A stretch of 64,000 nt of DNA from Lingula anatina. Lineage: Eukaryota > Animalia > Brachiopoda. Each line of letters begins with the position of its first letter. Position 1 is the first letter of the stretch. The notes under the pieces were generated by a model. The model ran no database searches. It saw nothing but the letters and a program-made list of their open reading frames with translations, and was not told where the DNA came from. The position numbers were made by a program, and so were the translations under genes. The stretch is from positions 23,870,001 through 23,934,000 of the forward strand of contig CM120646.1 of assembly GCA_051362555.1 (NCBI GenBank), given 5' to 3'. Of the stretch, positions 13,333-25,974 are shown one piece after another.

Positions 13333-13559
13333 CGCATTCAAATTCACACGTCGTACTAGCGGGATCGGTCCACTTTGTGGGGGATTCTTGCTAAAGTGCA
13401 ATCAATGTAATCAGCTTAATCAGGACACGCTATTTAACTGACCGATCTTCTCGAGGAGGCGTGTCAGAAAATTAAGCTTATTCCACTGATGGCACTTTAG
13501 TGAGAATTCCCCGCAGAGTTGGACCGACCCAGCTAGTATGATGTGTGAATCCTAATGCG
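13333..13559 (+). ncRNA. Long imperfect RNA hairpin (candidate hpRNA or long pre-miRNA), copy 1
   Basis: Arms 13333-13431 and 13458-13559 pair along almost their whole length; nearly all non-Watson-Crick oppositions are G·U on the + strand. Confidence 0.55.
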
Positions 13560-15980
13560 GTTTAACATGTACAACTCGACACAGTTCAGTGGTGGTATTG
13601 GAAACCAATCAAATGGTTTATATCCATGATAAGTAGTTATCTCATTCTACCGTTAGTTATGTTTGAGTGCCTCCAGGCCTGGTGTATAAAGACGCTCTTC
13701 TACTCAGTTTCCATATCCTAGACGGTTTGGTAAAATTGCATAACTGGCAGCCAAACAAAGATAAGGGAGTTGCAGAGTATTTCAAATTAATTAATATTTT
13801 TCATTTTATGTTGGTAAGTAAAAAAAATAAAGGTCTCACACATCATTGTGTTACGGGGCAGATGGCGGGACTCCGGAGCCGGAGGTCATAGGTTTGGTAC
13901 TAGACTGGGGCACGCCAGTGGAACGATGGGGGTAGCTTGGCGTTCGGTGTTATGGTTAATTTTAATTAAAATTATGATATAGGCTATGAAGTAGGGCTGG
14001 AAGTGTGTCTTTTGTTTCTGCACCATGTGGCTTGCTGGTAGAAGGGCATATAACTGCACACCACGAGCTTCGAGATATCTACCACCACCATCAATCTGGC
14101 TCTGCCGAACCAAGTCTATGAAACTCAGGACAGGGCGACATTTTATAGTGTACATATTACAGCCTGGCTGGACAGTTTGTCGTCGGTCTCTCGTCCTTCT
14201 ACCAACTGGTGAATAGACCTAAGTAAATCTTGTCCGCCCTTATAAGATAACATTAGTCTGGTACCTTCTGGCCACTGCTTGATGCTCTTGTTAGGTGATG
14301 TACACACAGTTGTTATAGCCTACTAATTGTGATGTGACTTGTAAGAAATTGCATGTCATTTGTGTAATTAGATTGAAAATGCTTGTAACCAAGCACATTT
14401 TGTACATAACCTGTGATATTACATTAATGTAGTAGTAACAGATAACAAATGTATGCATGAAAAGATAAATTTTACTCAGGCTTAAAACTTTGATTCCCGG
14501 TAATCCGTCTCCAGGGGAGAAAGCCAGGAAGACTTTCGTGAGACAACGCTGCGACAGTCTAGAGCATGACTCACGCCGCAAGAAATTTCGTAGCGATAAA
14601 TTGGCTATTTTTTGTTTCTTAGAATGGGGCGTTCGGAAAACATAAACACGGAATTGCGTTTCCTTTCAACGAAAACTTCTTTTGTAGCTGATCTGCCCAA
14701 CTAAGCGATACAATAGGACAGAACATGGAATACAGGGAAAGTAAAACCGCAATTACCACATGGTGAATGTATTGTGTGTACCGCAATCTGAGCCGTAACG
14801 TAGTGCAGGTTATTTCTTTAATGTTACGCAATGTTCGTGATATCTATAAATTTACTAGCTTGTGCGTGTCCTCATTCCCGCCGAAAACACCCACAGGTGC
14901 TCCCATAGCTGCATTGTGTGCATATAAATATAGACAGGAATACAATCATTGTAAAATGAATATCTGTTTTTTTTTGTTTGTCTCTCTTTGTCACTTGAAA
15001 ACGTTGACATATGTGGTGCATTTGAGATGTGAGCTGAAGAAAATAGTAATCATGGTAACGAACTGACGCAGGGAACCAAAACAGGTGGTTTCAGTGGTTT
15101 TGTCAAGGTCAAGGCAGCTGATTGGGTTTGAGGCAAATATTCTCTTTGTGCCCAAACCTCATCGACTGGTTCGTGTACCATTCCCTACATTTTAGTATTA
15201 ATTTTTTTGCAAAAGACATCCTCTTTGCTAAGCGAGGTTTTTGGCATTTCTACCTCCGAAAAGATGATTTCAAAACATATTTGCGAACACGTACATATAT
15301 TCGTACACCTTTATGCTTACTATTCTTGTACATGTAAAGCTTTCCATGAGGGAGTTATCATATGCAGACAATTATGTTTACTCTTTGGAAATATTTTTTT
15401 CAGTTATCGGGCAAGGATGAAGATGGAATCCAAAATGAATTAAAACTTTAATTAATAAATGCTACAGGCTAATGTCATGTGTACTAGAACATATGAAATT
15501 TTGCTCTTCCAAAACATGCACACATACTTTCCCGCAAAAACTCATACTAAACGAATTTCCCTGGGGTAAACCAACCTTTGATTCTTTTTATCTGAGATTC
15601 GCCATATAACTGTAACAATCTTGGGAAAATGAAAGATTCTTAGTCCACTTGTAGGCGATGGTTTTACAAATTCTGCCATCCTGTCGAGCTTAGTCGGCGC
15701 TCTGACATCTAGAATAAACGCGATGATAAGTTGTGGCAAGGTGGTTGACTGGCGGCAAATTTTATTTGGAGGTTGTAATTTTGATTTTTTTATGCGACAT
15801 GAATTCATGGCAATTATCTATTACAATATGATAAATCATCACTTAGGCTCAGATAAGTTCAACAGACTTTAGTTTGTGTGCTTAATGTGTGTTTTAACTC
15901 CTCACTTTGTTACTTTCAGGTTGGTTTTCATATATCCACTTGTGTTTCATTTCCAGAGCTGTGGCTGACAGACGTCGACA

Positions 15981-17701
15981 ATGAGGCTGGCAATCTTCAC
16001 TCTACTGCTGGTAACTGGTGCCCTCTGTCGGTCTGATGAGGAACTCCGGGAACAGTTAATAGATATGCTGGAAGATGCTTTCAAAGGTATTGCATGTTAT
16101 TAATAGAATGGAAATTTATTGCATGATATATGATAAAGGATTTCCTAGATACAAAGCTTTTAACTGTATATCTGCAACATGACTGTCCTCTCTTTATGTT
16201 TGCAATTTATTCTGTTGCTATCGACAAAGATGCAATCTTCCATCCTTTTGACGTAAATAATTGTCCTTAAAGGTAACTATGGTACAAGCAACTAAATAAA
16301 AATACACATTTTTGTTGGTGGTTATCCGATTTTCAAATAATATGTTTCTCTTTATCATAAGTTTCTTAACTTAATATGATGTTTGTAATATTAGTTGATG
16401 TCTGCTGTAACATAACCTGTTGGGTAACTGTAAATTACGACCAAGGGATAATTGTGCGTAACTGTGCGTAACTAGACGTAACTGTGGTATCAAACGTAAG
16501 GATGTCGAACACTGACATGAAATGCTCTGTTTACAGTTGACAAGTTCTCTGATGGCAAGTTTGACGCTGGTGTTGAAGAAAAGGCTGAAGCTTGGCTGAA
16601 GGACTACAACACGAAGCTGGCCGTGAGGTCAGGGATAGCGTGCAATCTGAACTGGAACTACGAAACTAACATATCCAATGCAAACGCTAAAAAGGTAAGG
16701 ATGTTGTCCGTTATGGTGAATTTTACAATATTCGTAATGATTTAAAATGCATCTCTTTGTCGCTCTCTCTGACCCTCTCTCTCTGTGCCGTTAAAAAAGT
16801 TAACTTCATTTTCCTCTGATCGCATCAATACGTTTACTGATCCGGTTAATGACGCTACTCTTTCTGATCCGGTTAATGTCGTCACTCTTACTGACCCAGT
16901 TAGAAAATTTTGTTATTACGTAACAAACAAATCTTTACCTTCAAATTAGATTGAGAATAATCAGGTTGAACAAGCGGAATGGAATCGAAAGAAGGCCCAG
17001 GAAGCCAGAGAATGGTTGAAGAAGAAGACGTCTAAATTTTCCGAAGACACTCTCCGGCAGTTTAAACTCATTACAATGGATGCAAGTTTGCGGGACGATG
17101 CCGACGTTAGGTTTGTAATCTTATAAACAGTCTTATCCACTGGGTTGCCTGGCAAACATTGATGACGTCACAATGGATAATTTATGACGTCACTTATAAA
17201 TACGGTGCTTTGACAATTAATACTCTAAATAATGTGATACTTTTGAACAGTCGTGTTGTGTTCTTCATTTGGTTCTTTCGCCAGATATCGTGATCTGCAG
17301 GTTTCTCCATATGAAAGGTATCCAACACCATAACAATATACAATACAATATGCCATTATAAAAGACAATTTCCTTCCAGACGCATGTCCTACCTGCTGTC
17401 TCAGATGGAAAGTATATACGACAAAGGCAAAGTGTGCCGGCCCCACTCCGAGGCCAGCTGCCTTCCGCTGGAACCGGACCTGGTCAACCTGATGATGACC
17501 AGCAGAGACTATGACGAGCTGCTGTGGGCCTGGAAGAGCTGGCGTGACGTCACTGGGCCGCCCATTAGGGACCTCTACCGGGAGTTTGTTGTCTTTCAAA
17601 ATAAGGCGGCAAAGGAGAACGGTATGGTTTCGTTTAGAAAATAACTCTATGCTAAGACTGAAGATTTAAGGTAAAACACACTCAAACAAACACACACACC
17701 G

Positions 17702-17735
<34 letters not shown>

Positions 17736-20700
17736 ACATGTACACACACACAATTTTGTTAAATATTAAGTGAGAGATATAATATATGTATTCACAATTA
17801 AACGAGTATTTGAGTGCCATATTTTGAATACAGAATTCAAAACTGATGTTTACTCAGTTCTAAATTTTACGACGGTTTGTAGAGCTCTACGAACTTTTTA
17901 TGTTTTTCTAGAATATGCCTTTTCTCAGACGAGTCGGTAGTTTGATTTCTAGACGATTTTCTGCCTAATATTCTCATTTTGTAAAAACTTGATTTTATTG
18001 AATTTTCAGGTTTTGCTGATATGGGAGAGTTTTGGAGAATTTCGAATTTTGAAGACAAAAATTTAGATAAGATTGTTGACGGCCTGTTCGACCAAGTGAA
18101 GCCTTTATACCAACAGCTTCACGCGTACGTGAGGAGGAAGCTGATAAACCAGTACGGAGAGAAATATGTCAGTCCAACTGGCCCTATCCCGGCGCATTTA
18201 CTGGGTGAGTGACCTCATCTGCATTGGACATGGTGCTTATACGCCAGAATTGCTTAGAGCAGAAACAGGGGTACTTCCATTAAAGGGACGCTCTCAGTCA
18301 CGTTAGTGACGGACATATTTTGTGTAGTATTTGCATTATTGTTTCACATCACTTTTAATCACTGGTCATTTCTATCCACATTGGAAAGGTTTAAAACAAG
18401 AATAATGTGGCAAGTCAGAATTGTGCAAATTTGACACAGAGCATGAGCGTCAGTGACGTGAGTCAGATAGTCACTTTTTTGAGCAAGGCGGACCCACTTA
18501 GCTTCGTCCTTCACCATTTCATGGGCTACCTCCCAAATTGAGTTTAGCTAGCGACAGCAGTTTCGCTAACGCTTTGCCCTACGTATCATGGAAAAGTTGT
18601 TCTTTCTACTTGTTTAAATCCTGTATTACCCATTGGTAGGATGTGATGGAGCTTATGATGCGTTTTATTTCAGGTAACATGTGGGCACAACAATGGGACC
18701 TTATCTTAGACTTGCTGCAACCATATCCCAATGTGCCAAGTGTTGACGTCACCAGTGCCTTGAAGAAACAAAACTACACCGTGCAAAAGATGTTTAAAAC
18801 AGCCGAGGCGTTCTTTTGTTCTCTCGGCATGGATAACATGACAAAAGAGTTCTGGGAAAAGTCAATGGTAGTCAAACCCACAGACGGCAGAGAAGTCCAG
18901 TGCCACGCCTCAGCGGAAGATTTTCACAATGCCAGCGATTATAGGTAATGGCTAAACTAGTACGGTCTTTGAGAAACGGCTGTTAGCTCATGATAACTCT
19001 TAAATCTTATTCAACAGTAAATGTCGCGGTATGTCTGGAAAGTAGAGAAACGGGAGACAGAAATTGCACGTTCGATTTATATTGTCAAGGAATATAGTAC
19101 TAGTGAAACCAAAGATAAAGTTCTTAGCAGGCGATTGCCATTGCATTTTACCTGCCCTATTTTCCAATTGATACACCTGTAAGGTCAGCATTAGTTTGTA
19201 TTATCTAGGGTGTAAATTAATACTGTTTCAGAATAAAGATGTGTACTGAGATAGATTATGACAACCTGTACGTGATCCACCACGAGATGGGCCACGTCCA
19301 GTATTACATGCAGTACTCTCACCAGCCGGATATCTACAGGAACGGCGCCAATGCAGGGTTCCATGAGGCAGTGGGAGACACCATTGCTTTGTCTGTAGCC
19401 ACCCCCGAACATCTGCATAAGTTGAAATTGTTGGATGATATTGGGGATGATAAGGAATTAAGGGAAAGTAAGTTGATTTCAGGGCTTTGAAGGAATCATT
19501 CACGGGTATTAACAAGATTTTCTTTTAAGAGCACATTTCTTCAGCTATACTTACTGTCAAACGCTAGTTATCCTTTTAATTCAGGCAAAATAAAGGTCTG
19601 AATGACGTTAAATGTCTCGTTACACGCGATTTCATATTTTATGAATAAGTGTAACTGTACACTAATATCGACATAGTGTTATTGCTCATAACCAGTGCTG
19701 TACCAGTACATTATTTTCTGAACAGAGCAAGACTTGAATTTCCTGATGAAGATGGCGCTACAGAAGCTGGCATTTTTACCATTTGGTCTCCTAATTGACA
19801 AGTGGCGGTGGGATGTGTTCAGGGGGCACACTAACGCCTCTAACTATAACCAGAAGTGGTGGGACCTCAGGTAACATTGACTGGCACCACTCATTTTCTG
19901 TCATTTGATAGACTTTAATTAATAGTTTAAAAGCGCATTCTTTTTGATTTATGTGTTTTGTAATGATCCGAAATGATGTCAAAACAAAATACATTGCGGT
20001 TTTACATTTTGAACATTCAAAGTATGATTTCAAAGTCTTAATTATACTAATTCGTCATGTCTTTAAACTTTATTCATAAATGAACAGGTGAATGTTTTCT
20101 GATTTCATGTAAAGGTTACGCTATCAAGGTATTGCTCCCCCTGTGCCACGTTCTGATCTGGACTTTGACCCTGGTGCTAAGTTCCATGTTCCAGCTAATG
20201 TTCCGTATATTAGGTAAGGAAGTCAATTAAAGGAGGAGTGGGGTATCATTTTGAAAAGTATTTGGACAATTGGTTTTTATAGTGTAGGGTTTCGAATAAT
20301 CCCTTTTCTTTTAGGTGTATCAATTTGATAAATGTTTAGAAACGGAACGCGTTAGCGCCGTTTGCAGCAGATTAACCTTTTTATTCAAACGGCAGATATC
20401 TGACCTGATTTTTATTCCAATGTTTTTGAAGGTTTAAGCGACTAATGGTTCATTGGAATATTAAAGGGATAATAACTCTTTGTATGAGATATATATTTCA
20501 CAATAAAAACATTGTGAATAACTCATAGAAATATAATTTATTCTGTTTTACCACAAAAACGACAGTTATAGCTATTATTCTGATATCTGAGCTCGTCTTT
20601 AGACCACGTGACCTTCATTGCTGGCTATACTCTGTTAAAATCTCTTAAGAGATTTTAACAAAAAAAAAAAAAAATAAATAAATAAAAAAACAGGGACTAA

Positions 20701-21675
20701 CTTTGAATGTAAAAATGGATTCATTAACCATTGGTAAGTATGGGAAAATTGTTGTTTATTCCAGGAAAATTAATTATTTGGCTAAAACGAAGAGTTATTA
20801 TCCCTTTAATGTCACTAACTGACAGAAGATGTTATGTTTTACTTTTCCAGGTATTTCGTCAGTTTCCTGATCCAGTTTCAGTTCCAGAGAGCTCTATGTG
20901 ACGCCGCCGGTCATACTGGCCCCATACACCACTGCGACATCTACCAGTCTACGGCAGCTGGGGAGAAACTGAAGTGAGTACCTCAACAGCCTGCTGCACT
21001 CTTCCAGTGCAGTCGCTGGTTTAAAGCCTCTACGCTAGTACTATGTAACAGCAAATAACACAGAATAGCATCTTTTTATTAAGCAAGGTGGCGCACTTCA
21101 GCTACATGAGGTTGTCGCGATATTAGTATTTAAACATTTGAGTATCTATGTTTAAATCGTTGAAGAAGAGAAAAAAGTAAAAAAACTCGCAAACTAACTC
21201 ATTTTATTTCTAATTTTGCCATTTTTCAGTCATAGAAATTATTAAATATTTGAGTGGCTGTTGAATACAGTGTATCACATACTGCCCAGAAGAAAATAAA
21301 AATCGGTGAGGAAGAAAAACTCAAAGGTTCACTTATTTAGTGACGGGCTTAAAACTTTTCTTAATTTATGAGAAATTATCTTGTTTTAGTTTTTCTGCAA
21401 TATTCAATATCATTCCCTTATTTTTTTCTAGAAAAATGTTGAGCCTGGGTTCCAGCAGACCTTGGCCCGATGCCATGGAAGTGTTGACAGGACAGCGCGA
21501 GATTGACCCATCCGCCATCTTGGAATATTTCAAGCCTCTTCAAGATTTCTTGGTGAAGGAAAACAAGAATGAAATCATAGGATGGGAAGAAAACTCCGAA
21601 GATCTTATGGCTGGCCTACAGGATGACGCATTAGAAGAATTACAGCATTTATTTGAAGAATTAGATAGTCAATAG
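15981..21675 (+). CDS. ACE: Angiotensin-converting enzyme (peptidase M2), single domain, secreted, ~659 aa
   Basis: 11 coding exons: 15981-16086, 16537-16694, 16950-17110, 17380-17621, 18010-18204, 18674-18944, 19232-19467, 19726-19870, 20115-20213, 20851-20973, 21432-21675. Signal peptide [16 protein letters not shown]; motifs [49 protein letters not shown]; no transmembrane segment. Confidence 0.95.
16833..16902. repeat. 27-bp minisatellite, ~2.5 copies
   Basis: Unit ~TTACTGATCCGGTTAATGACGCTACTC repeated in an ACE intron. Confidence 0.7.
20465..20805. mobile_element. Non-autonomous DNA transposon (Kolobok-like MITE) in an ACE intron
   Basis: TIRs AGGGATAATAACTCTT / AAGAGTTATTATCCCT flanked by TTAA on both sides (20461-20464, 20806-20809). 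Confidence 0.75.
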
Positions 21676-22699
21676 CTTTGTCTGGATTATTTTTAGAGGA
21701 ACGTTACCATATTGATGAAAAAAAAATTACAAAAGGAAATTAGCAAATTAGGAAAATGGTATATTTTTTCATAGCGCAGGACGCAATCAGACATATTTTC
21801 TCATAATACCAAAGACATAAAAAGCCCTCAGATATGTATATATTGGGTTGGGTGGCATTAATCTCCTCCCACACGTAATGTGACCTTCATGTCCTGCAAC
21901 TGTCAGTGCAATATGTGGCGAAAGCTGTATATCCAAAATATAGCTATACAAATTATGATTATTATTATTTCCATTTGATACTTTACACCATTAAGGGACG
22001 CTTGCAGTTTGGAGCAAAATTCGACAATTTTAATTCAACAAAAGTGACTGTTAATGTTACCAGAATTTGAAAAAGCCTTGTTCAGGATGGCAAATAGACC
22101 TATATCAACACATTAGGTGCTTGCAAGGCGAGGTAGAACTAAAAATATTTTGAAACGTAATATATCATTTCAAGACGTGGTCAGGTTGAGTAAAATAATC
22201 AGATCTACTAATATATCTGGAATAATGTGCATTAAAACCTGTTAATCTTTGTAATTGCATCAAATTTTATGAACTTTAAAACAAGTTATTACGTCCATTA
22301 AATGAAAGATAATGTATTTGAATAATATCTTGGAATCAAAATGGTCACATAATTTTGAGAATCCCGTCTATAGATTTCTCGTTGATCACACGGCATGTAT
22401 TAATCTTACAACTGTCGTGTTTAACTCCAGTTATTTTGTTAGTAGGTTAAAGTCAAAGAGAGTGCTGTGACAGTAGTATTTGATAATGTAGCTTGGAAGT
22501 TCAAAGAATTGTTCTACATATTTAAAAGAGTTTAAAATGCTACCTGGGATATATACAGAATAGTTTTATTTAGTAGGCAAAGTTTCATTCATAATTTATT
22601 GATTTCATAATATTAGTGATTTCACGACGAACTTGATTTATTTCTAGCTAATGATTAATTTGAAATCTACTTTGCAAATGTTATTGAGTTCAGAGTGGA

Positions 22700-23405
22700 A
22701 GAACCAGATCTGCCAGCGGTGGTGGCATTAAGTGAAATAATTAAATTGTTAAATATATTTTCACTATTGAAGTATCATTATTTCTTGTTACACTTATTTT
22801 AAGATTAAGGTTTCACTTTATTCAGAAAAAACAAGATAATACATATTCAATATTTAAAGGTGCAGATTGAAATGATTGCATTTTTATATTTATGGTATTA
22901 ATGGATGATTACTTCATCTGTATAAACAAAATTGTTATTCAGCAATAAAATGATGGAAAGGAGGGTAATCAATCTATGACATTACTTATCAATTGTATGC
23001 CCGTTACCGACACAAAAAATGCAATTTAATTGTTTAAAGAAGTTGAGACTAGGATATGCACTAACATAATGCTACGAGAAAGAATACAAATTCAAACCAG
23101 ATTTTCCGGGGAAAAGAAAACATCAATGGGTAGATATCCTTTCTGTGATGTCATAAATGCAATAATTCTAATGTTCTACTCCAGCCGTCATATCAGGCAT
23201 TGTTATCACCAATTTCCTCAAGGAATTTCCAGAACAAGAAATACTGCCTCATGTTGGCTATGTTCATAATATCCAAATCATCTCCCTTTTAACAAACCTG
23301 ATCATTCCCAGTGAAAAGATTAGGCTTACAAGCCCAGGCTTCTTGATGCAAAACAACGAGTCATTTTGTCTCGAACATGTGACTTCAAAAATGTGTTGAT
23401 TTCAT
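22700..23405 (-). pseudogene. Degenerate 3' relic (exon-2 end plus downstream flank) of an extra array gene
   Basis: 23280-23405 aligns by eye, with indels, to the 3' end of exon 2 (GACTTCAAAAATGTGTTGATTTCAT); 22700-23045 aligns to the flank of copy C at 30650-31005. Confidence 0.65.
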
Positions 23406-23479
23406 ATATATAGCCCGCAAGATTTCATGTTAAAGCTGTTGCGTGGTTGGTTCAATATTTCATTCAAATTCAAAGTGCG

Positions 23480-25495
23480 TCAAACCCGCTTTCTCTCAAA
23501 AAACCTCTTTCCCAGAGTAAGGATTCCGCTAATAAGCCTAGCTTTCCCGATGCAGAACAATGCGTCATTTTGCATGCCTCCAACGCGTGACTTCAAAAAT
23601 GAGTTGATTTCATCATTTTTACTCCTGCCATCCTGGATTGCGTTAACCAGTTGTGCCGAGCCGCCTTTTTCTTCTGCCAGAGTATTTTCCAACACGAAAG
23701 ATTGGACATTTAAAGTAGCAGCTGGACTACTACCTAAGTCTGGTTTGTGCTTGAGGATTACGTGCTTGGCAACAAGCACCTGCTCTGAACTTGGCGTCAA
23801 ATCAGGTTTCCTGTAGTTCGGGTATGGGTTGTCCAGATAGTCGTTAGCTAGGCGGAGACCACTAGCAGAGCGACCAGCATCCGTGAGGTCAAATGTAGTA
23901 ATGCGATAGTTGAGAAAAAGTAACAAAACGTTGAGTATAGTGATTTTCTGAAGACCTTTTCGTTTCATCTGATTTACGACCATCACCAAACCAACGTAGA
24001 AAATAGGGACGTCGTAGCCTACAATGCCGTCAACCTTCAAAATTGCCTGAAAATTGAAGTCTGACACAATTACGCAATTCAGATGTAGTTACCATGTCAA
24101 AATCTGAAAATGCATTTTACATAGAGAGTTAGAGTTTCTATGGAAGATTAATGCACTTTCAGTTTTAAAATTTCTGTTCATTTTGAGGTATTTCAAAATT
24201 GGTGTTTGTGTGTATTGGAATTGAATGGTTCTCCGACAAAAGCTAGGGCAACGTGGAGTCTACTCAGGGGGCTGCTCTCAGGTGTCAATCAGCGAATATT
24301 TAAAATTTGTATTTTGAGATGACATGCGTCTGAAAAGTGAAATAATTTAATTTTTAAGCCGATTCTAGCTAAAAAATATCATTCCTTTGGCGCTTGGTGG
24401 TCTTTATGGATTTGCCACAAGGTACCAAAATGATTACAAAACATTAAAAGGACTTCCATTTAAACGTTTCTGGAGCATGGTTGGGCTGAAATGGTGGTAG
24501 CAAAGATCAAGTTCCTTTATTATGCAAAGGTGAATATTTCTATTGGAATTGGCGGTCATCCTGGTTATTTAGGGACCATTCCCAGACCCTATCTCACTAA
24601 CTGTGGATCTATCTATCTCCAAGGGGATTCTCGCTAAATTGCAATCAACTTGAGCGCCTTAGATGTCTGTCATGCCTACTGAAGCTGCTAGGGGGTAATC
24701 ATTTATCGTTTAATAGCTTCAGTAGGCGAGCCAGACATCTAAGCCGCTTAAGGTGAAAGCAATTTAGCGAGAAACCACTTGGAGATGGATCGATCCTGTT
24801 GGATCGATCTAGATATGGGAACCCAGTGTTATAGTTGCCTAAAGCTGCCAAAGTGGCAACCAAGCAACATTTACTCAAGTCCCATGGGAGCACAAATAAC
24901 GAAAAATCTTTATAGATGCAAAAATTTCAATTCTTGTATTGAAGACACGGAATAGGCGACTACTTGACTATCACCTCTCAGAGGTTAAACCCTCCTAGGA
25001 GTGTAGCCTACTAACGTTAATGGGTCCACGTTTGGCGAAGCCAGTCAATACGCCCAGGGAAAGTCCGACTAGGTATCATATATGTACGCTGACGGTAGAG
25101 AGATGCATTTCAACTTTTAAAGGATTTATCAGCATGTTATTTTGCTTTGTAAATAATACGCAACTTTTAAGTTAAATTAAAATGAAGTTCCTACTCACAT
25201 TAAACATGACTGGTTTCTCTTGGTGATAGATAATCATAACAATCCTCTTCCCCAAGGCCTCCATATCTCCGTGTAACATGGGGTGTGTGGGGACTGAACC
25301 CACTGACTCTACACACACACGCCTCATGTCATCCACGATTCTTTGACATGTCACAGTGTCACGGGGTTCCACCCAGCGTCTCATCCTGAGTCCCCTGAAT
25401 AAAGGAAGCGAGGTCCCGTTGGTTGTAGCCCCCAGTAAAAACAGTAAAGTGATGATAAGTATGATACAAGCACCTGCTATTACAGCAATCCACAT
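23480..25495 (-). CDS. Signal-anchored GNAT-like protein, array copy A (287 aa)
   Basis: Exon 1 25495-25199 (99 codons, donor GTGAGT) and exon 2 24046-23480 (acceptor TTTTCAG), phase 0. Hydrophobic N-terminus; motif-A-like FYVGLVMVVNQMKRKGLQK. Gene model is firm, fold assignment is inference. Confidence 0.85.
24605..24796 (+). ncRNA. Long imperfect RNA hairpin, copy 2 (antisense, within the intron of copy A)
   Basis: Stacked stems such as TTCTCGCTAAATTGC/GCAATTTAGCGAGAA, CTTAGATGTCTG/CAGACATCTAAG and GCCTACTGAAGCT/AGCTTCAGTAGGC, separated by small internal loops; shares a 26-nt core with the hairpin at 13333. Confidence 0.55.
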
Positions 25496-25974
25496 ATTGT
25501 TTCTACTGCAGTATAACCGTGCCTGTGTCCGTTAAATGTACGGCAAGGACTAAGTCCAGCCTTATTCTGAATTCGAACTTAGAATGCGTATATGTATGTG
25601 CGACATGACACGGCCAATGATTTTTCAAGTCACATTCGTAAAAGTAATATGATACTAGGATCCTTATGTTGGGTCCTTATATGATAACAGCAATAATTTC
25701 AGTTCTGTAAAGACTGTGTCGAGTCACGAATGCTTACACTCCTTTAAACACACTCTGTTGAGGTCACTGCATTAAGGTCACCGTACTGAGGACACTTGAG
25801 AGTATGGTCTAAGTCACATATATGTGTGACGTCTACATCGAATGGCTAAAAGGGGTTGTGCATGAGGACTACTGACTTTTTTTACAATTAATCGGTTTCT
25901 ATTTTTGCTAATACCGTTAAATTACATCAATTTTCACTTGATGCTGTAGCCCTCGGTTACAGCATGATGAATTA

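Noticed and set aside
14619-14831. LKGNAIPCL resembling a THAP AVPT box
   Set aside because: No in-frame C2CH zinc ligands; too weak to call a transposase relic.
24940-25075. HDV-like or hammerhead ribozyme near GGCGAA
   Set aside because: Could not build the nested double pseudoknot (no GG for P1.1), and no CUGANGA...GAAA core is present.
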